Positions 23,995 to 37,859 of a stretch of 64,000 nucleotides of DNA are shown here, in pieces. The DNA is from Vicugna vicugna. Taxonomy: Eukaryota. Position numbers and translations under genes: made by a program. The notes beneath the pieces were generated by a model. That model was not told the origin of the DNA and did not search any database. It saw only the letters and a list, made by a program, of their open reading frames with translations. The stretch spans positions 2,480,911 to 2,544,910 of the forward strand of contig MU058531.1 of the NCBI GenBank assembly GCA_013265495.1, given 5' to 3'. The number at the start of each line of letters is the position of its first letter. The first letter of the stretch is position 1.

Positions 23995-26900
23995 TTTCTG
24001 ACAATATGGTGGACTATGTATCTTGATTAATTGTCTTACTGAAAAAAAAACAACTAAAGATTCTGGATAAAACATTTTTAAAAATCTTAAATTCTTTTAA
24101 AGTGCACTGAGGAGCTGGTAGGAAAGTATAGTCCTAACAAAGACTAATTCAGTAATCTGAAGGGCTATGTGGGAGTTTTATTAGTCATTCTCAAGATATA
24201 TGTATTTTTTGGTTATAAAATTGTGACATATTCACTATAAAAAGTAAGGAAAAATTGAAATAAAGTAATTTATAATGTCAAAAAAACTGTCAGTATGGAA
24301 CTGTTCTGTATATCGGTTATGGTGCTAGGTATGTGACTAGATGTATTTGTGAAAACTCATAGAAATAGCACATGCAAAAGAGTGAGTTTTATTGATGTAA
24401 GTTATACCTCAGTACACCTGACTATAAGACAAACAAAGCAGGAACAGCGAAGTGAAGACAGAAATCCAGACTGGAATAATGAAATATTGAATATAGTTTT
24501 TATCCTTGGGGCATCTGCTGAACTGGGAAAGCATGATTTTTGAGGTCATAGGGATATAGAGGGCTAAGCTCAGAGCTACCCAAAGTGAGTGAAAAGAGAT
24601 TGTCTCCCATGTAAATAAAGCTGAGACTCCGAAAAATTATAGCCCATCATTACGATGACCTAGAGATAAAACCATGTAGGGAAACTGCTGTGTTCCTTCT
24701 GCCAAATACAATAAATAAAATTGCCTATCTCAAATCTCGGTGCTGAGTAAACAAAGGAAAAAAATTGCTGAGAATTCGTAACAGTTCCTCACATGCGTTT
24801 GCAACTCAAATTTATTCCACTTGGATAATGAAAAAAAAAACTCAAGCTGAAAATTTAAAGTGGTTGCATTTTGATATTGCTTCCAGGTGCCTAGTAGAAG
24901 CAAATTCAGATCTTCTCTGAACCTTCATACCGACTTAAAAAATGTCTGTACTTAAAATTTCAAGGAAAATTAGCAAGTCACAGTCAAAATTATCAAACAA
25001 GTGAGAGTCATTAGCAATATTGACAACAGAGCTGGGTAGGGTAGAGCTCAGTGGTAGAGTGTGTGCTTAGCATGCATGCGGTCCTGGGTTTAATCCCTGG
25101 TGTCCCCATTAAATAAATAAATAAATAAACCTAATTACACCCCCAAAATGTTAAAAAAAAAAATTAAAGAAATATTGACAACAGGAATAAAGTCTAAAAG
25201 ACTTTCAGTATTTGAGTTATTAGGCACAGAATATAAAATAACACTTATATTTAAGGAAGTAAAAGGTAAGCTTGCTGGTATAAATAAGGAACAAAAAACT
25301 GTAAAGAATTAGCAAAAAATGTAAAAAAATCAAGTACCATATCTAGTAATTAAAGATAGGTTAGCCAAAATGAAAAATTTTATGAACAGGTTTAATAGTT
25401 GATGAATTCTTTTAATTGATCTGAAGAAATTATTTGGCATATATCACAAAAGAATAAAAATATAGAAGAAAGAAGAGATACAGAGAGGTCTAATATATAT
25501 CTAGTCGGAATTTCAGAAAGAGAGGATAGAACAAGTGGGACAGAGGAGTATTTGAGATAATTGCTGAGAATTTACCAAGACAGATAAGAAATAGAAATCT
25601 ACAGAGTCAAGCCCAAGGAATCCAAGTAGATTAAATAAAAAGAAATACACTTTTAGAGACCTTAAAATGAAAATGTGGAACACCAAAGCTAAAGAGAAAA
25701 TAGATGACCTGAAAAATTATCAGCTAATTGAGCTAATTGACATTTATTGAATACCTCACCCAAAACAGCAGAACACAAATGCTTTTCAAGTACACCTGGA
25801 AGGTTCACCAAGATAGATCATATTCTGGATAATAAAATAAATCTCAATAAGTATAAAAAACTTGAAATTGTACAAAATATGTCTTCTGACCACAGGGGAA
25901 TGAAATTATCCATATGCAAAAAAATGAATATTGACTCTTACCTCATTCAGCAATTCAAGAAGTAGATCATGGACCCAAATATAAGAGCTAAAAATTTAAA
26001 ACTTTTAGAAAAAGCAAAAGTTAAAATCTTTGTGACCTGGGGTTAGGCTTCTACTAGGCACCTGGAAGCAATATCATACCTCCACATAATGGAATACTAC
26101 TCAGCAGTAGAAAAGGAACTGATACATACAGTGGCATGGATAAATTTTAAAAGCATTATTCTAAGTGAAGAACAGATACAACAAATTATGTAAAGTATGA
26201 TTTATGTTATATGACATTTTTGAAAAGGCAAAACTATGGGGCATAATGGGATCAGTGGCAAAGGCTGGATTGGGCAGAGTGACTACAGAGGGGCATAAGG
26301 GAACTTCTTAATGAGATAGAAATATTCTATATGTTAAATTTGGTGGTGGTTACACAAATGTCTGCATTTGTCAGAACTCACTGGACTCTACGAATAAAAA
26401 GGGTTAATATTACTGTATATAAATTAAATCTCAATAAATTTGACTTTGAAAACAAAGATAAAGACAAGACTTTAAAAATATGCAGAGAGAAGCATTTATT
26501 TTCAAATAAACAAGACAGTGGAATATTTTCAATGCTGGAGGAAAATAACTGTTGACCTGGGATTCTGAATTCAGTGAAACAAGGGCAAAGATAAACATTT
26601 TCAGACAAAGAAGAAAGTTTGTTACCAAGACACCCTTACTAAGGAAATTCTAAAGGATATATACTTCAGTCAAAAGGAAGATGATGCCAAATGGAAGTTA
26701 TGAGATGCTAGAAGAAATAGATAGCAAAGAAAGTATAAATATGTGGGTAGGTCTATGTTAAGTGTAGAAACTAATATTAATAAAATATTATGGACTTTAA
26801 AACAAAACAGAATTAAAATGTACAATAACAACATAAACATTCGAGTGAGAGAAGTTAATGAAATGAAACTATTTTACAGTTTCTGAATTGTCTGGAAGTG

Positions 26901-27480
26901 TGAAATTATTTATCAGTTTTAGAGTTTGATTAAGTATGCATAATGAAATTTCTGTAACCACTAAAAGAATAGAAATAATATACACTTAAATATAGTACAA
27001 AAAAACTAGAATGATAAAAATTCATGACTTAGAGCTGATAAAAATGGTAGTTTAAACCTATAAACACTTGATAACATTGACTCAAAATATTTGAAGCAAA
27101 ATTGCTATAATTAAAAGGATAAATAGAAAAATCCATCAGTATAGTGCATTTTTAAACATGTTTCAGTATCTTTTAAACCAGATAGAATATCTTTTAAACC
27201 AGTAAGAATACAGGACATGCTTAATAGGCTTATCTAATAGACTATATAGAATTCTGTTTCAACAACTGTGGACACATATTGTTTTAAGCGCACATGGAAC
27301 ATTATAAAATGTGCCTATATACTATGTTACAAAGCAAGTATCAAGAAATATTAAACATTTGTGTCATGTAGACTGTATTCTCCGATCGTAGTGTTTTTAA
27401 ACCCAAAAGTAATGAGCCCTCCCCCTCCCTGCTCTGGAAGAAATCCAAATGTTTGAAAATTTTGATCACTTTTTTGAAAT
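23995..27480 (+). mobile_element. Composite of ancient plus-strand L1/HAL1-like fragments with nested insertions
   Basis: A-rich ORF1-like tracts; ORF 25747..25965 resembles L1 endonuclease (FTKIDHIL); L1 3' end near 26080-26450. Confidence 0.65.
25030..25170 (+). mobile_element. tRNA-derived SINE (camelid Vic-1-like), long form
   Basis: A box agctcagtggtagag, B box ggtttaatccc, (taaa)n, A tail; TSD aatattgacaacag at 25016-25029 and 25171-25184. Confidence 0.9.
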
Positions 27481-28011
27481 ATATAAAATATAATATTTGA
27501 ACTTAATTGAAATAATGTAATATTTCATTTGATAAACTTTTATGAATGAAATTCAAATGATCAAATATTTTCCTATATGCCTCTTTGTTAAAGTTATAGA
27601 CAGTAGGATATTATAGACCATTTTTAAGAAATTTGCCTTTCATTACAAGTCAGATGAAAAGTCATTGAAAGGTTTTCAGCAGAAGATATAAAAGCTTAAA
27701 AGTCTAGGTAGGAGAATGATGTAATAGTCCAAGTGAGAGATGATGGTGTGGCTTGAACTAGCCCGCTGAGAGGGGAGTTTTGAAATCATACTGACTTTTT
27801 AATTGTTTATTGTCCATCTTCTTTTGAATGCAAGTTCCATGAGGGGTAAGGACTTTTTGTTATTTACCAGTGTATCCCTGGTGCATTAAAAATATGTGCA
27901 GCATCTAGTAGAGTCTCAATAAATATTTGTTAAGCTTTGTACTGATTTGGAACTTACTTTTATGTTACTGGTATTTATTGTTTTAAATTGATTTTTATTT
28001 TTCATTTAAAG

Positions 28012-28058
28012 CATGAAACAGTTGATGGCTATAGAAGATATTTCACTCAAATTGTAGG
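28012..28058 (+). CDS. EXOC6: EXOC6 exon 10 (47 nt): HETVDGYRRYFTQIV(G)
   Basis: acceptor atttaaag|CAT, donor AGG|gtatgt. Confidence 0.95.
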
Positions 28059-28178
28059 GTATGTATCTAATATGGAAATAAATACTATTTTTATATTGTG
28101 TTAAATGTCAGAACTAATTATTTCTATTTATGTTTTAATTTTTTTAACTCATGTTGTTTTGATAATTACTGTTCTTAG

Positions 28179-28299
28179 GTTCTTTGTGGTGGAAGATCAC
28201 ATTTTACATGTGACCCAAGGATTAGTAACCAGGGCATACACTGATGAACTTTGGAACATGGCCCTCTCAAAGATAATTGCTGTCCTTAGAGCTCATTCA
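28179..28299 (+). CDS. EXOC6: EXOC6 exon 11 (121 nt): (G)FFVVEDHILHVTQGLVTRAYTDELWNMALSKIIAVLRAHS
   Basis: acceptor ttcttag|G, donor TCA|gtaagt; conserved GFFVVED motif. Confidence 0.97.
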
Positions 28300-29664
28300 G
28301 TAAGTCAGACAATTTATGTTACCAAATTTTTAATTCAGTTACTTCAAGAACTTCTGAAATGTATAATGTCAGAAGAAAACTGTACCTCCATCAGTTTTGC
28401 ATTTTTTTGGTAATTGCTCAGATTTGGAAGTAGTAATGTCAGGCTTTTGTTTGTTTGGTAATATTGGACTGTGATTTTGCAACTGACTGGGGCTTCCGAA
28501 GACACTTTTAGTCCAGCATTATAGAAAATGAAGAATTAAGCTGGTCTCATTAGTCTCAACTGACCTCTTCATTAGATCACTGAAAAGCACTGTGAAGAAA
28601 GGGTTTTTAATTATCATTCCAAATTCTTTGTTTCCAAAATAAACTCCGCCATTAAAACTCAATAGAAGTTGTTCTTCAATGTTTATAATTTGTTTGCAGT
28701 AATACAATTATAAATTTCTTAAAAATAAGCAATTGTCAAAATTTGAACTCATTTGAAATAATGAACCTTAAGTAAGAGAATTTTTTTATGAGTGAAGGTA
28801 AAATGATAAAATATTTTTAAAATATGTTTTTGTGGAAATAATAAGTATGTTAGTGTTATAGAGATTACTGAAATTAATAATTGTAGACTTTTTCTTGAGA
28901 CAATTTTGGTAGTTTACCTTTAGTAAAATCTCCCCAAACTTAAAATTTTATAGATTCTATTGTTTGTAATTTTATTACGGAGAATAGAAACTGAAAATAT
29001 TTTGAAGGAAGATTACCAGTTTAAGTGATATTTAGATTATAAATGCATTATATTTTTATTTATCAGGGACATAGATTCTGGATACACTATTTGTTCAATG
29101 AACTACAACTTTTTCTAACGTTTTATAATAAAGAACAGTACAGCTTGGCATGGTTTATATTTAGACCAGCTGTGAATATGTCATGTTAGAGTATACCTCC
29201 TATTAATTCCATGACATCATGTATGAAGTCACAGTATATTAAATGCAGTATGTCACACTCAAAATCTTCTTAAATGCTGTTAAGGGGACAAGAGTGAATT
29301 TCACTATCCCTTTGAAATTAATTATTTTCCTTTGTTGAGTTACTAAGAAAATACTTAAACTGACATTTCTTACATTAGAGAAAGTAATACATTGATTGTA
29401 TGTCTTTTGTAATAGAATAAGTAAATAATTGAAAAGTAGAAGTATGTGGTCTATGTATAACCATTTTTTTACTTTGAAATAACTAGTTCCTTAAAATCTG
29501 AAAACTTTTAGAAATATAAGCATCATTGCTTTGACCAAAGTTTAATGTGTGCAAATTGCAGGAAAATTTCTTTTCATATAGTAGAGATACTTTAGTTATG
29601 TCATGTTATCATTTCTTTTTTTTTTAATATTGTATTTATTTATTATTTTTTAGGTATTTCTCTT

Positions 29665-29800
29665 TTTTGTTGTTGTTTTTGGGGTGGGGGTGGGATAGTT
29701 CGGTTTAATTATTTATTTAAATGGCGGTACTGGGTATTAAACCCAGGACCTGGTGCATGCAAAGCACACCCTCTACCACTGAGCTCTATACCCTCCCCCC
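29665..29800 (-). mobile_element. tRNA-derived SINE (Vic-1-like), long form
   Basis: aacccaggacc..ctctaccactgagctctataccctcccc; ends about 200 nt upstream of exon 12. Confidence 0.9.
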
Positions 29801-30002
29801 ATCCTCTTTCCTTAGGAATTTTTTTCTTGAATAGAGTGAGCCAGCTGTGAATCTAACAATCAAGATTTTAAATTTATTGTAAGTTAAGCAAATTAAAGAG
29901 AAAAACTTCAGGTTTTCTTTCTTAGTTTTTAAACACATGACTCTGGTGTGTGTTTGTTTGTTTGTTTGTGTTTTCACCCCTACTCACCATTCACTCTCCC
30001 AG

Positions 30003-30074
30003 TCTTACTGCACGGACCCTGATCTTGTTCTGGAGCTGAAGAATCTCATTGTAATATTTGCAGATACTTTGCAG
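30003..30074 (+). CDS. EXOC6: EXOC6 exon 12 (72 nt): SYCTDPDLVLELKNLIVIFADTLQ
   Basis: acceptor ctctcccag|TCT, donor CAG|gtgagt. Confidence 0.97.
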
Positions 30075-30842
30075 GTGAGTGATAATCTAATTTTCAGTTA
30101 ATGGCTATTTGAGCACTTAAAACTATACAAAATATAGACCACACCTCATTTATTTTATCGTGGATTAATGGTAGCAAATTAGTAGTAACCAAATGTTTAC
30201 TAATATATTGGTATTCCCCTATTACATAGGACTCTTCATAACACCTCCTTCCTGATTAGGAAGCTTGGACAGAGCTCAGGGACTATTATCATCTTTTAAA
30301 ATATTGGTCATTCTGTTAGATAAAATTTTTTTCAGTTAAAAAAGAATGTACATGGTATAGTAGAAAGAACCCTGAACAAAAATTGGAAGATTAGTTCTGC
30401 CTGAGGGTAATGACCATGAACTCTGGGATCACAAAGTTTATGTTCAACCTTTGCTATTGACTAATTGTATGTCTCCAAGTTTTCTTTTAGATCTTCATTT
30501 GTGAAAATGGGTTTGTTAGTTACTAGTTTTCAGAGTTTTAAATGTGATATTATATATGAAAACACACACTAGTTTGAAAGCTGTATGTACTCATGTCCTT
30601 CCTGATTTCAGGTTTGCTGTGACTGTGAGCACATCACTTCTTTGAGTTTTGTTTTCTTGTTTTTAAAATAAGATTAAAACGAAATTATCTTAAAACTCAG
30701 TGTCTTTGTGGTTTTCATTATCAAAGTTTTAAGCTTATCCCTCCTGCCTGATCACAGATAATAAACAATTGATTACATTTGGTTTTCATGCTTAGATTTA
30801 TGGGATTTTTATGGTTGGAATAACTTTTCATGAAATATATTC

Positions 30843-31060
30843 CAGCGCTTTCCAAAGTACGATAATAGATGTTACTTACAAACATTTCTATATAGGGTCA
30901 AAAATGTTTAGGAAATGCTGAGTGAAGTAAAACAGATTTCTCCACTAGAAGCCTGTCTCAGAGCAAATTTATACCATGTGTTTCCAAAAGAAAGGTGATT
31001 ATGCAGCATTTCCCCGACATATTTGACTCTTAAATCTCTTTTCCTCTTAGAACATCTTTT
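30843..31060. mobile_element. Probable hAT-Charlie MER-type relic with internal inverted repeat
   Basis: gtcaaaaatgtttaggaaatgctg versus cagcatttccccgacatatttgac; family uncertain. Confidence 0.5.
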
Positions 31061-31399
31061 AGATCTAGAGCTTTATATAAAATGCTTTGGGAAATGTTTC
31101 ACCATAAGAGTCCATCCTAGAATAAGAGTTGTCTATTTTATTCAGAAACCTAAGGAAAAGATTCCACAAGCTCCTTTTAGTAAATTATTTTATTGCCTTA
31201 AATCTTTATTAATTTGAATGGCTTATAGTGTAATACCAGAATAATGTGGGGGGTTTTTTGTTTTCATGCATTTTATGACTAATATACCTGTAATACTGAT
31301 CTCTCTTTAAGAAAACTTTTGTAAGTTTTTTTTAAGACTGCCTTAATATTTTGGGCCTATCTAAGTAAGTTGAAATCGGTTTGCTATCCTTAATGACTC

Positions 31400-31660
31400 A
31401 AAGCGTTGCTGCTTGCAATATGATCTGGGGACCAATGATCTACAAATTGTTATGGATCCGTAATGAAAAGAAACTTGTCAGAATATAAATCAACTATGTC
31501 ACTAAGTACAAATTTTAGCTCAGTTGCCTTTTTTTTTTCTAATAAGACTGTCTTGATATAAGTAGCAGCATTGATTTATATTCTAGTGCAATCTCCTTCT
31601 CTCTCTTTTAAAAACCGTAACAAACTCTTCTTGGGTTGGCATTTTGAGTACAACTGAATC
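31400..31660. mobile_element. Probable hAT-Charlie fragment
   Basis: aaatcaactatgtcactaag..agcagcattgatttatattctagtgcaa..ttttgagtacaactg. Confidence 0.5.
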
Positions 31661-32164
31661 TAGAGTATTTGATGTGGTTCCAAGGAACTCTGCAGAGAGT
31701 CAAAGAAGAGTAATAGGCAATATTCAGGTAATAGAGGCGTTAGAAAAGCAACAGTGATGGATGCATAATATACCTTTCTGATCTTACTGCTTTGAAATAA
31801 AGTTGAGGAAAACAAACCAGTCCTTCTTACTTATTCAGAAATCCTAAAGTATTTTCATTTCACTGAAAATTGACAGGTAGATTATTAAGTGGATCTTATA
31901 CTGAATTAATAAATGCTGGCTCTTCAAGTTACACTTATTAGTTAAAGAATTGGGGAGGGTCTTTTCTAATTAATCTTTAACTAAAGAATATTGCACAATA
32001 TTTAGTTTTTAAAATTGGCACTTTGCCAACCTAGGGAAATTTTTCTTTTAAAAATGCCATTATTTCATCATTTAAAACAAAGCTGACTAAACAATAAAAT
32101 AAATAAATAACCCCCTAGCATTTTCATAGTTCTGCTTTCTGCCTATTATACAAATCAAAAGTAA

Positions 32165-33830
32165 GCATTTATTTATTCATTCATTAATATTTTTTGAGTA
32201 CCCACTATGCGCTAGCAGCTAAATATATACAGAATGATGGATATAGCAATCAGTAAGACAGTAGGGACATAAAAATTCTTGGCTTAAAGAGATTCACAGT
32301 TTAGTTGTAAACAAATAAGATATATAATAAGACATACTAGTTTAGTAATATATTAAAGAGCTTTGGCTCACAGAAGATAGAATAACTCTGATTCCAGGAG
32401 TTGGGAAAGGCTATACAGATAGTTGAAATGTGAGCTGGATTTTGAAGGATGAGTTCAGTAAGTAGATATGAAGGAAGTGGCATTAATGGCAGACAAAATA
32501 GCATGTGTCAACTATGGGTAGAGGTATGGTATGGTGAGCATGAGATTGGCTGGCCAGCTTGATGGTGTTAGAAACTGCAGTATTTGAGTGCAGGCAAAGA
32601 AGGGCAAATGGTGGGAATGAAACTGACAAGGTAGTTTGAGCCAGATTGTGTCAGGTCTTGTGGGGCTTTAAGCAAACCTTCTATAGTTTTTAACCAGGGG
32701 AATGATAGGCTCAGATTTGCACTTTTAGATGATAATTTTAGGAATCTGGGCAATAGATTGAGTTGAAAGAGACAGATGGTTGGAATTTCACTTTAGGAAG
32801 CTCTTACAGTGGTCTACGCAAGAGGTGTTAAGGACCTGAAATAAAGCAGTGATACTGGGAAGATTTCTGGAAGAAAGAAAGGTAGTAAATGATAGGGAGG
32901 AATGATAGATTTGAAAGAGATTTGCAAAGGTAGTGAAATCAAAAGAATTTGATTAGATGTGTTTATTTTGGGGGCACTTAGATAATTTTCAGATTTCTTT
33001 CCTAATATATTGGATTGATGATAGAACTATTAACTATTAGCAGGAATGGGAAACAGGAAGAGCATTTGGTTTAGTTTGAAAGGAAAGAGATAAGTTAACT
33101 TTAATGTGCTTGTTGGCTAGACTGGAGATGGAGACTAGAAACTGACTGGAGATGTCTAATAGAGGTTGGAATTAAATATTTGAAATTTATAGAGGTCTAG
33201 CTAGAGATTGATCACAAAAAGTAGTGCTTGAAGTTTTTCGACTTGAGATTGCCCTAGAGAACTAGCGGAAAAGATTAAAGGATAGAGATAGAAGGAAAAA
33301 GGAATCTGGAAGGGTTAGTCACAGATAAAAGGAGAGCAAGGAGAGAGAGTCATGTTACAGAGTTTAAAGCAGAAGAGTTTCAAGAAAGAGAAGTAAGATC
33401 AAATGAGAGCTCATGGAATTTTATATTTAGAAGATAATCTGTGACATTGTTGAGAGCAGTTTCAATAAAGGAATAGAAGTGGGAGTTAGAATGTAGTAGG
33501 TTTGGCTCTGAAAGGAGTGACAGAGGGAGGCAGCTACAGGGCACAGAAAATTGAGGGAGGGTTTTTTTTGTTTTCTTTCTTTGTTCTTGGTTTAAAGATG
33601 CAAGGCAGTTTAGCATGTTTAGCCAAGAGAAAGGAGCTAGTGGAAGTTAAAGACAAAACAGAGTGAGTAGATAACCCATGGACAGTTCCTACAGGAGGAG
33701 ATAGGATTGAGACCAAAGATGAAGAGGTAAGCCTTGAGGGGAAGAGGGACAACTCTGTGAGGTGAGCAAAAATGTTTAGTCCTGATATGAGTAAGATTTC
33801 AATGGGTTTGGAGTTGTAAAGGAATGAAGT
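32165..33830. mobile_element. L2 LINE fragments
   Basis: ttcattcatt..ttgagtacccactatg start; purine-rich L2 motifs (tgagctggattttgaaggatgag, tcagatttgcacttttag). Confidence 0.75.
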
Positions 33831-34283
33831 TTTGGCCTGTATGTCTGATGAAAAGATGTAACTTTATCCTATATAACAAAGTCAGTGTTAAATTAAAAGT
33901 GCAAAAGGAAGCCAGCATGTTTCAGACAGAATATATTTCCTTTTCTCCTTGTATCTTATTTAGTGACCATTTCTCAAGACACAGTTATCTAGATCACTTA
34001 TCTTGAACTTTTTCTTCAATTCTGACTTCTAATATCTTTTTAAGGCTAACAGTGGAATCCAGACTGAAAAGAGAGAGAAGAAATAGAATAATGATTCCAG
34101 CTTCATAAAACTCTTTCTAGACTCTTTTTTACCTAATACAAATTAGTAGAAAGTATCTTTTTTGGAATGGCATACAGTGTGATACAGTGTTCATTTCAAA
34201 CAATTCTCCAGTATTCTGAACTTTTAAAAATGAATATCTTTATTTGTTTGAGTTGTTTATCTGCTTTTTTGTGTGCGTTTTAG

Positions 34284-34381
34284 GGTTATGGTTTTCCAGT
34301 GAACCGACTTTTTGACCTTTTATTTGAAATAAGAGATCAATACAATGAAACATTGCTTAAGAAATGGGCTGGAGTTTTCAG
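34284..34381 (+). CDS. EXOC6: EXOC6 exon 13 (98 nt): GYGFPVNRLFDLLFEIRDQYNETLLKKWAGVF(R)
   Basis: acceptor gttttag|GGT, donor CAG|gttagt. Confidence 0.97.
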
Positions 34382-34474
34382 GTTAGTCTAAGCCATGGTG
34401 CCTTAATGTAATGAAAAAGTTTGTCAAATGCTAAAGGAATTGTTTTTTCATTTAGTAATTAAAAATGCTTATAA

Positions 34475-35130
34475 TAATTTTTATTGTGGTAAAATATACA
34501 TAACAAAATTTACCATTTTAACCTCTTATGAATGTACAGTTCAGTGGCAATAAGTACATTCACATTGTTGGCAACCATCACTGCTGTCCTTCTCCAGAAC
34601 TGTTTTTTATCTTCTCAAACTGAAACTCTGTACCAATTAAACAACAACTCTCCATTCTCTTTTTCTAGTCCTTGGCAGTCACCATTTTACTTTGTAACTG
34701 TGAATTTGACTACTCTCGGTACTTTATATAAGTAAAATCATACAGTGTTTGATTTTGTGTCTCAGTTTGTTTTTGTGTGTGTGTGTCTGGACTATTTTCA
34801 CTTAGCATAATGTTTTCAAGTTTCGTCCATGTTTTAGTATGTGTCAGAATTTCATTCCTTTTTAAGGCTGAATAATATTCCACTATGTATACTAGATTTT
34901 ATTTATCCATTCATCCACTTATGGATATTTGGGTTGTTTTAATCTTTTGGTAACTGAATAATGCTACTATGAACACTGATGTATAGTTATCTGTTTGGGT
35001 CCCTGTGTTCAATTCTTTTGCACATATACCCAGAGGTGGAATTGCCAGATTATGTGGTAAATATATGTTCAATATTTTATGGAACCTCCATTTTTCCACA
35101 GTTTTCCATAGTGACTGCACCATTTATAAT
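34475..35130 (-). mobile_element. L1MB-like 3' end
   Basis: tttattgtggtaaaatatacataac..gtacagttcagtggca..ttcattcctttttaaggctgaataatattcc. Confidence 0.85.
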
Positions 35131-36879
35131 CAGTTTTTAACTTTACTACTTTTAGTTTTAATCTCTGTAGGTTTTGCCCCAGTGAATGATTAGATACAAG
35201 GCTGTAAGTATTAAAAGGTATTTAGCACTAGAGACAGAAATTTATGGCATTTAAATTTTGTTTGGGGAAAGTGCTATTTTTACAAACAACATAACTGTTA
35301 GATTAAAAATCTTAAAGCATCTAATTAGGAGAACTACTTTTGTTTGCCTATAAGGCACCAAGTATTTTAATATCTATATAATTTTATTGCCATTAAAAGA
35401 GAAATCAGCTCCTTCCTTTTCAAATTTGAAAAACTTTTCTCCTTCCCTTCATGCCTCCTTTCATGCTTTCCTTCCTTTCTTTTTTTCTTTCTTTTAACTA
35501 AAAAAGTTAACCTTCAGAGCTTACATCTGGGTTACAGAAAACATTATAGAAGTAGTGTGGCAATAACATTTGATGAGATTAAAACAGAAAATATGTTGAA
35601 TGGTTTAACACCAGCTTGGCATTTACTCCATCAATTTTCAAAGCTATGGAGGGCTGACCTTCTGAATACTGTGATAAAAATCTTTTTAAAATGCCTAAAT
35701 GGTTTACAAGGTGATACACTTCTATTAAGATCAACTAACTAAATCTTTATTTAAGCTTTTTGTATTAATAGTCCTTAGGAATGATCTTGTCAAGATGTTG
35801 TCCCACATGAATAATTGACAGTCTTGGATGAGTCATATATAGTATTAACAATTTCTGTTGTATCATATTTTAGAAACAGAAGTAGTGCTTATTGATAGGG
35901 GCGGTAATCTGTAATATATATGCTATCATGTAATGTGGTAATATACTATATCTTTATATATAAAATCATATATATTTGTATATAAAAATCTTTACTTATA
36001 GGATCGATGTTATTGACTTACTGTTTTCAGAAGAGTGTTTAAATTTTTATAGTTGTTGATAGATTCGTATTGAGCCACCTATTCTCTCTTACCTATTTTA
36101 AGATAGGTAAGAGATTGCTCCTCAAGATTGAGGAAACCATGAGGTATTGTTTTCTCTCTGGAAAACTAATGGGTTCATTCAAAGAGATAGAATTAACATT
36201 ATTTTCCATTGTAATTGTGGAGGAGGGCAAATGATAGCATGTCAGTTGTAATTCTCAAATATATTTTGACTTCTACTTTCAGTGCCCTTCTAGGTCATGC
36301 TTTTTGCTTACATTTTTAAGAAGTAGCAGAATTTAAGCTTTTCTTATCCCTGACCTATATCTTCAAAGATTATAGAAGCAGTGAATTGATAACCTAACAA
36401 ATGAAGAAAAAGTATGAGTTATCATCACTACTGAATAATTTAAACTTGACTACGTCCATGATAGAATTTATAATCTGACTACTGTCTTACTTTGTTTGTC
36501 TCTCTAGCTGTATTGCGAACATCAGTGTTTTATTTATATTCTTGATTGCCTAGCTGCAAGTATAGTATAGTAGCAACTTGGTAAATGTTTATAGAATTCA
36601 ATTCAGTAAACAGATCACTTTTAAGACTACATTAACATTTGCAGAATATGAATGTACCATTCATTAAAGTGTCTCTCCTTGAATCTTAACTGAGTCCCTG
36701 ACATTTGTATAAAATGAGTAGGGTATGATCTTCTACTAGTTTCTTTCTCTGTAATTTGTCTTTTAACCTTTACTTTATTTTAGAATACTGTTTAGAAGGA
36801 AATAGAATTAGTGGAAGCCTCTCACGATGTTTTAGGTGAACAGAGCTGTATTTTACCCAACTTATGTACCACAATGATT

Positions 36880-37830
36880 TATAAGCACATGCCTTTATTT
36901 CCAGCCTCTCATTAAGATGCCAGATCCATTTTTCAATTAGATGTCCATTGTCCAATGCCCAAACCATATTATCCTTCTCTTGTGTACCTTACCTCAAATC
37001 TCTGATCGTTTGTCCATTTGCCCTGCCTAGAAGCCACAGATTCATCAGGATTACACTTTGCCTCAGAATCCTCATTTTGTTTCTAAATATTATGTATTCT
37101 ATATCTTAAAAACTCTTGTTCCTGCCACTTCCTTCTCTGCCTCCACTTAATACAGCTTTAATTCAAATCCTCATCACTTTTTATTTAGATTTTTCAGTCT
37201 TTCTAACTGGCCTCTCTGTGTTCATTATTGTCCTTTTCCCAGTTTTTCTTCCACTCTGTGAAAGTCTTCCTATGACATTCCTCTGCCTAAAGCCTACGAT
37301 TGGTGTTCCATTGCCTGCATGATAAAATCTGGGTACTTCAGTTTGTCCATCTGCCCAACTTCATTTTACACCATGTCCCTTGCATACTTTACACTAGTAG
37401 TACTGCACTACTTGTGGTTTTGCTCAACCCCTCCCCACATTCATACTTTTTCACCCGTTATGCTTTTGCATGTTATGTTCCATCTTTCTGAAATATAGTC
37501 CTCCTATAGTCTCGTTAGAAGTGTTTTTTTCCTCTTTAAAGACCCTTTAAAGCCCATAGCTTCTCTGTAAAACTTTTCATGAGATGTCCCCCACCTATTT
37601 GGATGAAGTTAATCACTTTCCTTTGTCCTATTTCTGCAACTTACACCTCTTTTATTGTATGTATAACACGTCATTATAAACATAATTTGTTTGCATATCT
37701 GTCTCTGTTATAAGGTTTGAGAATAAGGATCTTGATTTTATCTTCATGAGAGTGGAAAGTTTTCATCACAGGTAGCCCAAAGACTAGCACATGATAGATG
37801 ATCAATAAATATTAATTAAACTGAATTATT
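36880..37830. mobile_element. L2 LINE fragments (orientation opposite to 32165-33830)
   Basis: pyrimidine-rich L2 motifs ending tagcacatgatagatgatcaataaatatt. Confidence 0.65.
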
Positions 37831-37859
37831 GATTAAAAGGAAGTTAATTGAACAGCAGG

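Noticed and set aside
25030..25110. tRNA-like sequences here and at the six other SINE heads
   Set aside because: They carry SINE bodies and A-rich tails, several have clear TSDs, and the cloverleaf is degenerate; not tRNA genes.
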